From Minisyncoccota bacterium (lineage in GTDB: Bacteria > Patescibacteriota > Minisyncoccia > UBA6257 > JAGOQP01), in the NCBI GenBank assembly GCA_041661795.1, contig JBAZTS010000005.1, positions 768 through 64,767 of the forward strand: a stretch of DNA of 64,000 nucleotides. The letters are read 5' to 3'. Made by a program: the position numbers and the translations under genes. Under the pieces are notes generated by a model that saw only the letters and a program-made list of their open reading frames with translations, had not been told where the DNA came from and made no database searches. Position 1 is the first letter of the stretch. Each line of letters begins with the position of its first letter. This document shows positions 40,154-49,806 of the stretch, piece after piece.

Positions 40154-41221
40154 ATGGATTACAAACAAAAACTTAATGAATTACTTTTAACCTGCGCCAA
40201 ACAAGACGCTTCCGATCTTCACATTGCCGTGGGAAGATATGCCACTTTAAGAATTGACGGCTCTTTAGTGCCTCTGACCAATCAGCCGATTTTAACACCA
40301 CAGGATGCGGAAGGATTAGTAATGTCTCTTTTGAGTGATGAACAAAAAAGGACACTTTTGGAAAAAAGAGAAATTGACTTTTCTTATACTTTTGAAGATA
40401 AAGCCAGATTTAGAGTAAACGCTTATTTTCAAAGAGGATATATGGCAGCGGCTTTGCGCTTGATTCCGGCTCAAATCAGAACCATTGAAGAATTACGACT
40501 TCCTCCCATTATTCATGATTTTTCTTCTCTCTCTCAAGGATTTGTTTTGGTTGTGGGTCCTGCTGGTCATGGCAAATCAACAACTTTGGCGGCTATACTT
40601 GATGAGATAAATCATACCCATACTCAACACATCATTACGGTTGAAGACCCTATAGAATATATTTTTGTACAAGACAGAAGCATAATTTCTCAAAGAGAAG
40701 TTAAAAGCGATACGTTGGATTTTTCTTCGGCGCTAAGATCGGTTTTAAGACAAGACCCGGATGTTATTATGATAGGAGAAATGAGAGATACTGAATCTAT
40801 CGGAATTGCTTTGACGGCCGCTGAAACCGGACATTTGGTTGTTTCAACTCTACACACTAATTCGGCTGCTCAAACCATAGATAGAATCATAGACAGCTTT
40901 CCTTCTGAACAACAAAATCAAATCGCTTCTCAATTAGCGGCAACTTTAGTGGGAATAGTTTCGGAGAGATTAATTCCAAGAGTTGATGGGGGAAGAGCTC
41001 CGGCTTGCGAAATTATGATAGCCAACCCGGCCATTAGAAATTTGATTCGCGAAAGAAAGACATATCAGATTGATTTAGTTATTGAGACCAATGCTCAAGA
41101 AGGAATGTTAACTCTAAACAGGTCATTGGCGGATCTAGTCAGAAGAAGAGAAATAAGTTTGGAGAACGCTGAAACGTATTCACTCAATCCTTCAGAGCTA
41201 AGAATACTTTTGGAAAAATAA
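40154..41221 (+). CDS. pilT: Type IV pilus retraction ATPase PilT
   Basis: ASDLH, GPAGHGKSTT, LRQDPD, AIRNLIRE. Confidence 0.96.
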   Translation: MDYKQKLNELLLTCAKQDASDLHIAVGRYATLRIDGSLVPLTNQPILTPQDAEGLVMSLLSDEQKRTLLEKREIDFSYTFEDKARFRVNAYFQRGYMAAALRLIPAQIRTIEELRLPPIIHDFSSLSQGFVLVVGPAGHGKSTTLAAILDEINHTHTQHIITVEDPIEYIFVQDRSIISQREVKSDTLDFSSALRSVLRQDPDVIMIGEMRDTESIGIALTAAETGHLVVSTLHTNSAAQTIDRIIDSFPSEQQNQIASQLAATLVGIVSERLIPRVDGGRAPACEIMIANPAIRNLIRERKTYQIDLVIETNAQEGMLTLNRSLADLVRRREISLENAETYSLNPSELRILLEK

Positions 41222-41224
41222 AAA

Positions 41225-42442
41225 ATGGCAAAGTTTAAATATCAAGCAAGAAGTAAAAACGGAGAACTTCAGGTGGGCTTTGTTGAAGCTCCAACTCAAG
41301 AAATGGCGGCTAATATGCTTACTAGCCACGATCTTTTTGTTTTAAGTATCGCCTCCATAGAAAAAAAGGGAATTAAAGAAAAATTTTTTCAGGTTTTAAA
41401 CAGAGTCAAGATAAAAGATCTGATGATTTTTACCAGACAGCTGTCTACTCTGATTGAATCAGAAATGCCCTTGGATAATGCTCTAAAAACTCTTTATCAA
41501 CAAACTAGGAACATAACTTTAAAGGAATCTGTTTATCAAATTCAACAAGATATTGAATCGGGGTTGGCTTTATCGCAAGCATTTGAGAGACAGAAGCCAA
41601 TATTTTCTGATTTTTATGTAAGTATGGTTAGATCCGCTGAAGTTACCGGGCGACTCCAAGAAGCCATGTCTTTTTTGGCCTCTTATATAGAAAAGGAGGC
41701 CCAGTGGAAGGGAAGAATTATTAATGCTCTTATATATCCGATTGTTCTTTTGGGACTTTTTGTGGTGGTGGCCGGTGTTATGGTTGTTATTGTTTTTCCT
41801 AAAATTCAGCCGGTTTTTGAAGAATCAGGAGTCGCTCTTCCTTTGGTTAGTCGTGTTTTACTTTCTGGAGGAACTTTTATTTTAAATTGGTGGTGGTTAA
41901 CTTTAATAATATTTGCCGGACTTGTTTTTGTGGTGGTTGATTATTTTAGAAGCAAAGAGGGAATATTGGTCTCTAACCAAATGATTTTAGTGCTTCCTGT
42001 TTTTGGAGAACTTTTTAAAAAAATTTATATAGCTAGATTTTCTCAATCATTGAGTGTTCTTATCAGAGGAGGAATTCCCATAACTCAGGCCATAGAAATA
42101 AGCGCCGATACGGTTGGCAATGTTATTTATAAAGAGGTTTTAGTTTCAGTAGCTCAAGGGGTTAGAGAAGGAGGATTGTTTTCACAGTTAATGGCCAATC
42201 AGGAAAAATATTTTCCTTCTATGGTGGCGCAAATGGCAGCCATTGGGGAAACTACAGGAAGAATAGACGAGATGATGGTTAAAATTTCCGATTTTTATGA
42301 CAGAGAAGTAAATGACATGATGTCCAATCTATCGGAATTACTTCAACCAATACTGATACTTATAATTGGTCTTCTGATTGGTCTTTTATTTGCTTCCATT
42401 CTTCTCCCTATATATAATCTGGCTCAATCTTTCCAATTGTAG
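41225..42442 (+). CDS. pilC: Type IV pilus platform protein PilC
   Basis: FTRQLSTLI; AEVTGRL; GETTGRID; three TMs. Confidence 0.93.
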   Translation: MAKFKYQARSKNGELQVGFVEAPTQEMAANMLTSHDLFVLSIASIEKKGIKEKFFQVLNRVKIKDLMIFTRQLSTLIESEMPLDNALKTLYQQTRNITLKESVYQIQQDIESGLALSQAFERQKPIFSDFYVSMVRSAEVTGRLQEAMSFLASYIEKEAQWKGRIINALIYPIVLLGLFVVVAGVMVVIVFPKIQPVFEESGVALPLVSRVLLSGGTFILNWWWLTLIIFAGLVFVVVDYFRSKEGILVSNQMILVLPVFGELFKKIYIARFSQSLSVLIRGGIPITQAIEISADTVGNVIYKEVLVSVAQGVREGGLFSQLMANQEKYFPSMVAQMAAIGETTGRIDEMMVKISDFYDREVNDMMSNLSELLQPILILIIGLLIGLLFASILLPIYNLAQSFQL

Positions 42443-42482
42443 TATAATTAAAAAGTCGAAAGTTTAAAGTTGAAATGATTTT

Positions 42483-42980
42483 ATGTTTAAAATAAAAAGT
42501 GAAAAAGGTTTTACATTGGTGGAAATGCTCGTGGTTGTCGCGATTATTGCCATTTTAGCGTCCATATTTTTGGTCGGACTCAGAGGTTTTAGAGGAAGTG
42601 CCTATGATTCCAAAAGATTAGCCGACCTTCAAAGATCCCAAAGTTATTTGGAAATTTATTACAGCAAAAACAGATCTTATCCTACTGGAATAACTCAATG
42701 GTCTGGGGCTGGCGGATCTCTTCAGGGAGCTTTGGCTGGGGCTGGAATAGGAGTCACTGCTATACCTAACGACCCTCAATTTGCCGATGTTCCCGCAAAT
42801 AATTACGGTTATAAATCTTGTGATAGCGGCCAAGGATATGTTATTTCCGCTTTTATTTCAGCAAACTCTTCATCTTTCAAAGATGCTCCCGGAGTTGGCG
42901 AAGAAAATTGCGATACGGGTACTGGTTTTACTTGCGCCGATACTTCCGGTGATTTAAAAAGATATTGTACCGGGTCCTAA
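42483..42980 (+). CDS. Type IV pilin (probable major pilin)
   Basis: KG|FTLVEMLVVVAIIAILA; C-terminal cysteines. Confidence 0.9.
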   Translation: MFKIKSEKGFTLVEMLVVVAIIAILASIFLVGLRGFRGSAYDSKRLADLQRSQSYLEIYYSKNRSYPTGITQWSGAGGSLQGALAGAGIGVTAIPNDPQFADVPANNYGYKSCDSGQGYVISAFISANSSSFKDAPGVGEENCDTGTGFTCADTSGDLKRYCTGS

Positions 42981-43036
42981 AGTTTTTATTAATTAATTTA
43001 GAGTGAAACGATACAATTAATTACTATAAAAAATTT

Positions 43037-43197
43037 ACCCCCTCACTCATTGATACAAAGTTAATGAGTTAGTACCCAAGACAGAGCCGTAAGGCGACAT
43101 TCGTCTCTATCTTAGGTTGATACACAGACATTGCTACAATGAGTGAGGGGGTGCTCGGTTTTATTAATTAATCGCTACGCTCTTAAATAAAAACGGC
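43037..43197 (+). repeat. ~160-nt structured dispersed element, copy 2
   Basis: Perfect 16-bp inverted repeat accccctcactcattg / caatgagtgagggggt (43037-43052, 43137-43152); ends 2 nt before the pilD ATG. Confidence 0.9.
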
Positions 43198-43199
43198 AT

Positions 43200-44099
43200 A
43201 TGATAGTTTTAAACAATCTTCAATACCTGTTGCTTTTTCTTTTGGGACTTTCCTTTGGGAGTTTCTTAAATGTCCTTTCTATAAGATATCGTCCTCATCG
43301 TGGTCTTTTTCACTCCGATCATATAGAAGGAAGGTCAAAATGTCTCTCCTGCCAAAAAACTTTAAGCTGGTATGAACTGGTTCCTATTTTCAGCTTTATC
43401 TTTCAAATGGGGAAATGTCGTTCCTGTAGTAAATCTCTTTTGTGGCAATACCCCATAGTAGAGATAATTTCGGCGGCGATATTTGTTATGACTCCCTATT
43501 TTATTAAGAGCTCATTTATTTTTTGGAATTTATCCTGGGGAAATTGGGTGTTTTGGGTGGCATCGGCAATTTGGATACTTGTTCTAATGCTCTTGGTTTT
43601 GGCTTTTATTATAGACCTTAGACATTATGTCATACCTAATTCTGTTAGTGCCTTAATTTTTGTATTGGGAATAATTTGGATAGCATTAGGGAATTGGCAG
43701 GGATTTTTCTCTTCCTCTTTTGATGGTTCTTTTCTTAGAAGTTTTTCTGGAATATTTCCGGTAATTGGAAGTTTTTGGATTTCCAGGTTGGTTGGTCTTT
43801 TGTTTGGTTCAGTTTTCTTTCTTTTGATTATTATTTTATCCAAGGGCAGAGCTATGGGTATGGGGGATGTTAAATTAATGGGAGCAGTTGGGCTTATCTT
43901 TGGGTGGCCAGACATTGTTATTATAGTTGCTCTGTCTTTTATTATAGGTCTTTTTGTCTCCTTGATTTTAATGGCTTTTAAACTCAAAAAAGTATCCGAC
44001 AGAATTCCTTTTGGCCCTCTTATTGTCGTTTCTTCCTTTATTGTCTTCTTTTTTGGCTCTGGATTAATGGGCTTGTATTTTAGTATAATTGGGATGTAG
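43200..44099 (+). CDS. pilD: Prepilin peptidase
   Basis: GSFLNV; RSKCLSC...KCRSC; IID; GMGDVKL; IPFGP. Confidence 0.95.
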   Translation: MIVLNNLQYLLLFLLGLSFGSFLNVLSIRYRPHRGLFHSDHIEGRSKCLSCQKTLSWYELVPIFSFIFQMGKCRSCSKSLLWQYPIVEIISAAIFVMTPYFIKSSFIFWNLSWGNWVFWVASAIWILVLMLLVLAFIIDLRHYVIPNSVSALIFVLGIIWIALGNWQGFFSSSFDGSFLRSFSGIFPVIGSFWISRLVGLLFGSVFFLLIIILSKGRAMGMGDVKLMGAVGLIFGWPDIVIIVALSFIIGLFVSLILMAFKLKKVSDRIPFGPLIVVSSFIVFFFGSGLMGLYFSIIGM

Positions 44100-44107
44100 A
44101 ACTATAA

Positions 44108-44197
44108 TTTCTAAATCCTAATATCTAATTTCTAATCAATTTAGAAATTTCTAAATTATGATTTGATTAGTTATTAGTAATTTAGATTTAAGATTTT
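44108..44197. repeat. Heptamer foldback repeat
   Basis: tttctaa/atcctaa/tatctaa/tttctaa mirrored by ttagtta/ttagtaa/ttagatt. Confidence 0.65.
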
Positions 44198-44208
44198 ATA
44201 TCCCCGTT

Positions 44209-44787
44209 ATGAACAAAAACTCTTTTTTCTTTGCAAAAAACATTGAATCAAAAGTTGCTGGATTCACCTTGATTGAGTTGATGGTGGTTGTTTCTTTAAC
44301 CATTCTTTTTGTTGGAGCGGCGGCTTCATATAATAAGACGTCTGATAAGCTCATTTCCTTATATAGAGAGGAGGGTAAAATTGTGGCTCAACTTCAACAA
44401 GCCAAATCTTTGACAGTGGCAACTTATTTGGAGAAAGATGATCCGGGGTGCGGTTATGGGGTTCATTTTGACGCGACTAAACAGGAAATCTATCTTTTTA
44501 AAGATATTCCCGAAACCGGAGTTGAAGAATTGGAAAAGTGTAAAAGTTTTGACGGGCTTCTTTTTTCTGATAGGGATTCTATTATAGATGTTACTAAACT
44601 AGAAACATCTAGATTTGATTTTGGCTCGGAAAAAACAATTTTAGATATTCTGTTTGTTCCTCCAGAGCCCAAAACGTACATTTATCCCCAGGAAGAAAAT
44701 GCTGTTATTCAACTTTCTTCAACCAGCGTTGATAACCTTTTTTTAACAATCAGAGTCAATAAATTTGGACAAATTTCGGCCGATTAA
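44209..44787 (+). CDS. Minor pilin (FimT/GspH-like)
   Basis: AG|FTLIELMVVV; C-terminal IRVNKFGQI. Confidence 0.85.
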   Translation: MNKNSFFFAKNIESKVAGFTLIELMVVVSLTILFVGAAASYNKTSDKLISLYREEGKIVAQLQQAKSLTVATYLEKDDPGCGYGVHFDATKQEIYLFKDIPETGVEELEKCKSFDGLLFSDRDSIIDVTKLETSRFDFGSEKTILDILFVPPEPKTYIYPQEENAVIQLSSTSVDNLFLTIRVNKFGQISAD

Positions 44788-44788
44788 A

Positions 44789-45307
44789 ATGATTAATTTC
44801 AAAAACAAAAAAGGTCAGATGCTTGCTGAAACTATGGTGGGTCTTGGAATGGCCGTTTTGGGTATTTTGGGATTTCTGTCTCTTTTGTCTTACGCTATTG
44901 GGTTAAATAGGGTTATTTCCGACCAGTATGTATCAACTTATCTGGCTTCTGAGGGAATAGAAGTTGTAAAAAATATATTGGATGGAAAATGGCTTTCTGG
45001 AGACGGGTTTGGCTTGGGAGAGGGTTTTTATGAAGTTGATTATGACAGCGCTTCATTAAGGTATATTTCATCTTCCGAATCAGAAGCCAAAGATATTTCC
45101 CGATTTATGAATGTTGATTCCAGCAGCAAAAGATACTCATATAAATTAACCTCGCAAAGAGTAGTCACGCCCTTTAAAAGAATTCTTCATCTTCAGCAAG
45201 TTACTAACCCAGACAGGGTCATAGTCAATTCAAAAGTTTTTTGGGAGTCGCGCTCGGGGTCAGATTTTGAAATTAATTTAGAAGATGTTTTTTTTGGTTG
45301 GAGATAA
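44789..45307 (+). CDS. Minor pilin (PilV-like)
   Basis: KG|QMLAETMV; YLASEGIEVVKN. Confidence 0.8.
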   Translation: MINFKNKKGQMLAETMVGLGMAVLGILGFLSLLSYAIGLNRVISDQYVSTYLASEGIEVVKNILDGKWLSGDGFGLGEGFYEVDYDSASLRYISSSESEAKDISRFMNVDSSSKRYSYKLTSQRVVTPFKRILHLQQVTNPDRVIVNSKVFWESRSGSDFEINLEDVFFGWR

Positions 45308-45312
45308 TTTAG

Positions 45313-45411
45313 CTACGAAATACGAATTATGTACGAATATACTAACAAAACCACAAGATTTCTAAAACGAAACATCCTTTCGTACTTTCGTAAACTTTTC
45401 GTATTTCGTAG
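45313..45411. repeat. Foldback repeat overlapping the pilin start
   Basis: ctacgaaatacgaa (45313-45326) / ttcgtatttcgtag (45398-45411) perfect 14-bp inverted repeat. Confidence 0.8.
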
Positions 45412-45925
45412 ACAAAATGGTTCTACATTGATAGAGTTGCTTTTGGCTCTGGGAATATTTTCCATATTTATATCTGTTATTACCGGTGGTTTTATTCAGA
45501 TGCTTTCTAATCAACGTCTTCTTTTAAAATTAATGGCTTCTACCGACAACGTCAGTTTATCTTTGGAGCAAATAGCCAGAGAACTAAGAACCGGTGGTCA
45601 GTTTCAAACAAGTCCCGGAGGAGGAGATCTTATACAGTTTTTTAATGCCGATAAAAAATTTGTTAAATATTATTTGAATATCAACTCGTCAAGAGGACAG
45701 CTTGTAAGATCCGAAAGTTTGGCGGTTGACGATCCTTCGCCTGTTATAAGACCGATAACCGCCGATAACGTTGATGTTTCCCAATTTAACGTTGAGGTGA
45801 TGGATATAAACCCCTCCGGACCTCCAAGAGTTGTTATAAATGTCGGGGTTAGAGTATCAGAAAGAAAAATAAAAGAGGTTAATACGTTTATTCAAACAAC
45901 GGTTAGTCCAAGAAATATAGAGTAA
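45329..45925 (+). CDS. Minor pilin (PilW-like) with a repeat-derived leader
   Basis: NG|STLIELLLAL; LEQIARELR; QTTVSPR. Confidence 0.82.
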   Translation: MYEYTNKTTRFLKRNILSYFRKLFVFRRQNGSTLIELLLALGIFSIFISVITGGFIQMLSNQRLLLKLMASTDNVSLSLEQIARELRTGGQFQTSPGGGDLIQFFNADKKFVKYYLNINSSRGQLVRSESLAVDDPSPVIRPITADNVDVSQFNVEVMDINPSGPPRVVINVGVRVSERKIKEVNTFIQTTVSPRNIE

Positions 45926-45929
45926 TTTT

Positions 45930-46373
45930 ATGAAAATTTGTAAACAAAATAATCAAGGGCAGGCCCGCCTGCCAACGACTGCGCCCGCCCGGCAATCGCC
46001 TGACGGCTCAAGCCGGATGGCGGACGGGCGTAGCAATGGCGGGCAGGCAATTTTAATGGTGGTTATGATTTTGGGAGCCACCATGCTTGGTGTTTCCACT
46101 ATTGCTGGATATATATTTTTGCAAAAGATAAAAACTGCCACTAATGTTATTAAATCCACCGAAGCTATTTTTGCCGCTGATTATGGAGTAGAGTGTTATC
46201 TTTATAAATTTTCCAAGGATAACAGTTATGATTGTTCTGCTTTGCCACCACTTTCCAATGGAACGACGGTTGAGGTTTCTTCTGTCCAAACCGGAGAAAA
46301 TTCCGAGTTGATAAAATCAATAGGGAAATCAGGAAATATTTCCAGAGCTTTTGGTATTTTCATTGGAGAATAA
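45930..46373 (+). CDS. Minor pilin (PilX-like) with an 84-nt in-frame insertion in its leader
   Basis: G|QAILMVVMIL (no Glu5); AIFAADYGVEC; IKSIG. Confidence 0.8.
   Translation: MKICKQNNQGQARLPTTAPARQSPDGSSRMADGRSNGGQAILMVVMILGATMLGVSTIAGYIFLQKIKTATNVIKSTEAIFAADYGVECYLYKFSKDNSYDCSALPPLSNGTTVEVSSVQTGENSELIKSIGKSGNISRAFGIFIGE
45957..46048. repeat. Nested GC-rich palindromic insertion bounded by the direct repeat gggcaggc
   Basis: gggcaggc at 45957 and 46041 (84 nt apart); nested stems. Confidence 0.85.
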
Positions 46374-46380
46374 AATTGGC

Positions 46381-48477
46381 ATGAACAAACAACAAGCCAA
46401 AGAACGTATAGGAAAACTTCGTAAGTTAATTGATTATCATAGGAACCTTTACCATACATTTGATGAGCCGGAAATCAACGATTCTGCTTTTGATACTCTA
46501 AAAAACGAATTGGAGGAGTTGGAATATAAGTTTCCTGATTTAATAACATCTGATTCTCCGACACAGAAGGTCGGAGGAAAGCCATTGGATAAATTTGAAA
46601 AGGTTTCTCATGAAAAGCCAATGCTTTCTTTTAATGACGCTTTTTCGGAAGAAGAAATGAATGAATGGATGGAGCGTTTGGAAAATTATCTCGGTAGACC
46701 GCTGACTGACGCAGACAGTACGCGGACTAACGCAGAAAAAAGTCGGCGTAAGTCAGCGTCAAGTCCGCGCAAGTCTGCATCTCTGTTTTATTGTGAGCTA
46801 AAAATTGACGGGTTAGCAATTGAACTTATTTATGAGAATGGAATATTAAAACAGGGAGCTACTAGGGGCGATGGAATTATCGGGGAAGATATAACTCAAA
46901 ATTTAAAAACAGTTAAAGCTATTCCACAAAGGTTAGAACAATTGGGAAAATATAAAATTCCCAAGCACTTAGTTGTCAGAGGTGAGGTTTTTATAACAAA
47001 AAAAGATTTAGTAAGAATCAATAAAGAACAGCAAAAATTAGGATTGAAATCTTACGCCAACACCAGAAACTTGGCGGCGGGTTCTGTTAGACAGTTAGAC
47101 CCTCAAATTACTGCCTCAAGAAAACTTGATTCCTTCCAATACGATATCGTCACCAATGTCGGACAAAAAACTCACGAGGAAGAGCATAAAATATTGGCTT
47201 CTTGGGGATTTAAAATTAATCTTCATAATAAAAGCGTTACTGATTTAAATAATGTCTTTGAATTTAGAAATTATTGGGAGAAAAAAAGAGAATCTTTGGG
47301 GTATGAAATTGACGGGATTGTGGTTATTGTTAATGACAACAGTTCTTCTGACAAAGCCGGAAGTATAGGCAAAGCTCCCAGAGCCGCCATCGCTTATAAA
47401 TTTTCTCCTCGCCAGGCGACAACTATTATTGAAGATATAAAAGTCCAAGTGGGAAGAACAGGAACTCTGACTCCCGTGGCTATTTTAAAACCCGTTGAAA
47501 TTTCCGGGGTAACTATTACTCACGCCACTTTGCATAATTTTGACGAGATAAAACGACTTGGAGTTAAGATTGATGATACGGTTATTATTACCCGTTCAGG
47601 GGACGTTATCCCAAAAATTATCCAAGTAATAAAAGAACTGCGCACCGGGAAAGAAAAAGAATTTAAAGTTCCTTTAAAATGTCCGGTAGACGGTTCAGGA
47701 GTCATAAAAGATGGCGTGATGATAAAATGTTCAAATCCTTCCTGTGGAGCTAAAAACAGGAATCAAATCATTCATTTTGTTTCCAGAAACGCCTTTGATA
47801 TTAGAGGTCTTGGTAAAAAAATTATTGACAGATTTTTAGATGAGGGCCTCATAACCAACTCCGCCGACATTTTTAGTTTGGAAAAAGGAGACATATCCGT
47901 TTTGGAGAGATTTGGAAAAAAATCGGCTGATAATCTTATAAAAGAAATCAGTCAATCAAAAAAAATCAGAATTGATAAATTTATTTATGCTCTTGGAATT
48001 TTACATGTAGGACAAGAAACCGCATCTCTTCTTTCTAAAAAAATACAATCGTCCGGAAAAAAAGTAAGTATTGTTAATTTAAAAAAGTTTCTTTCTAATA
48101 TTTCTTTGGAAAAGCTTCAGGAATTACAAGACGTTGGCCCAAAGGTTGCTCAAAGTATTTATTCTTGGTTTTCTGATAAAAAGAACCAAAAACTTTTAGA
48201 TGATTTAAATAAATTTGGAATAGAGCTTGAAGTTATTAAAGAAAAAACATCAGGCGTCTTTAAGGGCTTAAATATCTGTCTGACCGGAACTTTAGAATCA
48301 ATGTCTCGCCAAAGGGCTAAGGAAATTATAGAAAGCCGAGGTGGGCATTTTCACTCAGATGTTTTGTCTTCAACTGATATTGTGATTGCTGGAGAAAACC
48401 CGGGTTCTAAGTATAATAAAGCCAAAGACAAGGGGATTGAGGTTTGGGATGAAAAGAAATTTTTAAATAAAATATGA
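46381..48477 (+). CDS. ligA: NAD-dependent DNA ligase
   Basis: ELKIDG, TRGDG, RNLAAGS, Zn finger, BRCT domain. Confidence 0.97.
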   Translation: MNKQQAKERIGKLRKLIDYHRNLYHTFDEPEINDSAFDTLKNELEELEYKFPDLITSDSPTQKVGGKPLDKFEKVSHEKPMLSFNDAFSEEEMNEWMERLENYLGRPLTDADSTRTNAEKSRRKSASSPRKSASLFYCELKIDGLAIELIYENGILKQGATRGDGIIGEDITQNLKTVKAIPQRLEQLGKYKIPKHLVVRGEVFITKKDLVRINKEQQKLGLKSYANTRNLAAGSVRQLDPQITASRKLDSFQYDIVTNVGQKTHEEEHKILASWGFKINLHNKSVTDLNNVFEFRNYWEKKRESLGYEIDGIVVIVNDNSSSDKAGSIGKAPRAAIAYKFSPRQATTIIEDIKVQVGRTGTLTPVAILKPVEISGVTITHATLHNFDEIKRLGVKIDDTVIITRSGDVIPKIIQVIKELRTGKEKEFKVPLKCPVDGSGVIKDGVMIKCSNPSCGAKNRNQIIHFVSRNAFDIRGLGKKIIDRFLDEGLITNSADIFSLEKGDISVLERFGKKSADNLIKEISQSKKIRIDKFIYALGILHVGQETASLLSKKIQSSGKKVSIVNLKKFLSNISLEKLQELQDVGPKVAQSIYSWFSDKKNQKLLDDLNKFGIELEVIKEKTSGVFKGLNICLTGTLESMSRQRAKEIIESRGGHFHSDVLSSTDIVIAGENPGSKYNKAKDKGIEVWDEKKFLNKI
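46700..46783. repeat. In-frame foldback repeat inside ligA
   Basis: acgcagac/acgcggac/acgcaga units mirrored by agtcggcg/agtcagcg/agtccgcg/agtctgca. Confidence 0.75.
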
Positions 48478-49760
48478 AGATTTTTATTTTAGATGAGTTT
48501 GCTCCACAGGATAATGCTATGCTCCAGGCGCTTTATTCGCGCAGTTCAAAAAGCGTTGCCGAACACATAGAAAAAGTAAAACAATCCGGCTCGGGAAAAT
48601 TTATGGAGACGTATTATGTGGGCTATGGACATGCCAGTATCGCCGATTGCGGAAGCACTACCATTTTTATAGAAGGGTTAAGTATCTTGGCTGACAAAGC
48701 TGTACAGGATTGGCCTTTATATAGCGGTCAAGAAACAAGCACCCGCTATATTGATATGTCAAAACAACCGGTTATTGATCCTCTAAAAACTAAAGAAAGT
48801 GAGGAGATTATAAAAAAATGGATGGATTTTTATATCAACAATCAGGAAAGAATGATTGAATATATAAAGCAACTTTATCCCAGAAAAGAAAATGATGACG
48901 AAAAAATATACGAAAAAACAGTTAAAGCCAGGGTCTTTGATATTATGAGAGGATTTTTGCCCGCCGGTATAGCCACTCAATTGAGTTGGCATACGAATTT
49001 AAGGCAGGCCTACGATAAATTATCAACCATGATTTATCATCCCTTGGAAGAGGTAAGAAATGTTGCCGGTCAAATATTCTCCCAACTTAAAGAAAAATAT
49101 CCAAACAGCTTTTCCCATCAGGTTTATGAGAAACAGGAAGAATATCGAAAAAACATTACAGAAAAATACAATTATTACTTTGACCAAAATTGTCCTGAGT
49201 TTTCATCTTCAACTACTATAAATAACATTGAATTGGAAAAATATAAGGATATTATTTCTAACCGTCCAGAAAAAACATTGCTCCCGTATTTTATCGGTGA
49301 ATTAGGGCAAGTAACGTTTGATTTTCTTTTGGACTTTGGTTCCTTCCGGGACGTTCAAAGGCACAGAAGCGCCGTTTCCAGAATCCCACTTTTGACAACC
49401 AGATTGGGATTTGGCAATTGGTATTTGAAACAGCTTTCGGATGAATTAAGAAAGGAAGCGGAAGATTTAATAAAATTACAAACCGAAGCCATAAATAAAC
49501 TAGAAACTTCTGACGAAATAAAACAATATTATATTGCTATGGGATTTAAAGTGCCATGTAAATTTACATTTTATCTTCCTGGAGCCGTTTATACGTCCGA
49601 ATTGAGGTCCGGACATTTAGTCCACCCGACCCTAAGAGCTGTGGCTCAAAAAATGATAGAGGCCTTAAAAAATAATTTTCCTTTGCTGGTTCTTCATCCT
49701 GATTTAGAACCAAGCGAATGGGATATAAAAAGAGGGACACAGGATATTATCGGTAAGTAA
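48474..49760 (+). CDS. thyX: FAD-dependent thymidylate synthase, long tandem-domain form
   Basis: ALYSRS, YGHASIADC, ETSTRY, RGFLP, QRHR. Confidence 0.8.
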   Translation: MKIFILDEFAPQDNAMLQALYSRSSKSVAEHIEKVKQSGSGKFMETYYVGYGHASIADCGSTTIFIEGLSILADKAVQDWPLYSGQETSTRYIDMSKQPVIDPLKTKESEEIIKKWMDFYINNQERMIEYIKQLYPRKENDDEKIYEKTVKARVFDIMRGFLPAGIATQLSWHTNLRQAYDKLSTMIYHPLEEVRNVAGQIFSQLKEKYPNSFSHQVYEKQEEYRKNITEKYNYYFDQNCPEFSSSTTINNIELEKYKDIISNRPEKTLLPYFIGELGQVTFDFLLDFGSFRDVQRHRSAVSRIPLLTTRLGFGNWYLKQLSDELRKEAEDLIKLQTEAINKLETSDEIKQYYIAMGFKVPCKFTFYLPGAVYTSELRSGHLVHPTLRAVAQKMIEALKNNFPLLVLHPDLEPSEWDIKRGTQDIIGK

Positions 49761-49806
49761 AAAGTTCAGATTAGAAACGGGTCTCTTTTTAGGGTATAAT
49801 TGTCTT

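Noticed and set aside
1627-42460. Short GTCG motif upstream of the surface-protein and pilin genes
   Set aside because: Too short and too few instances to separate from chance
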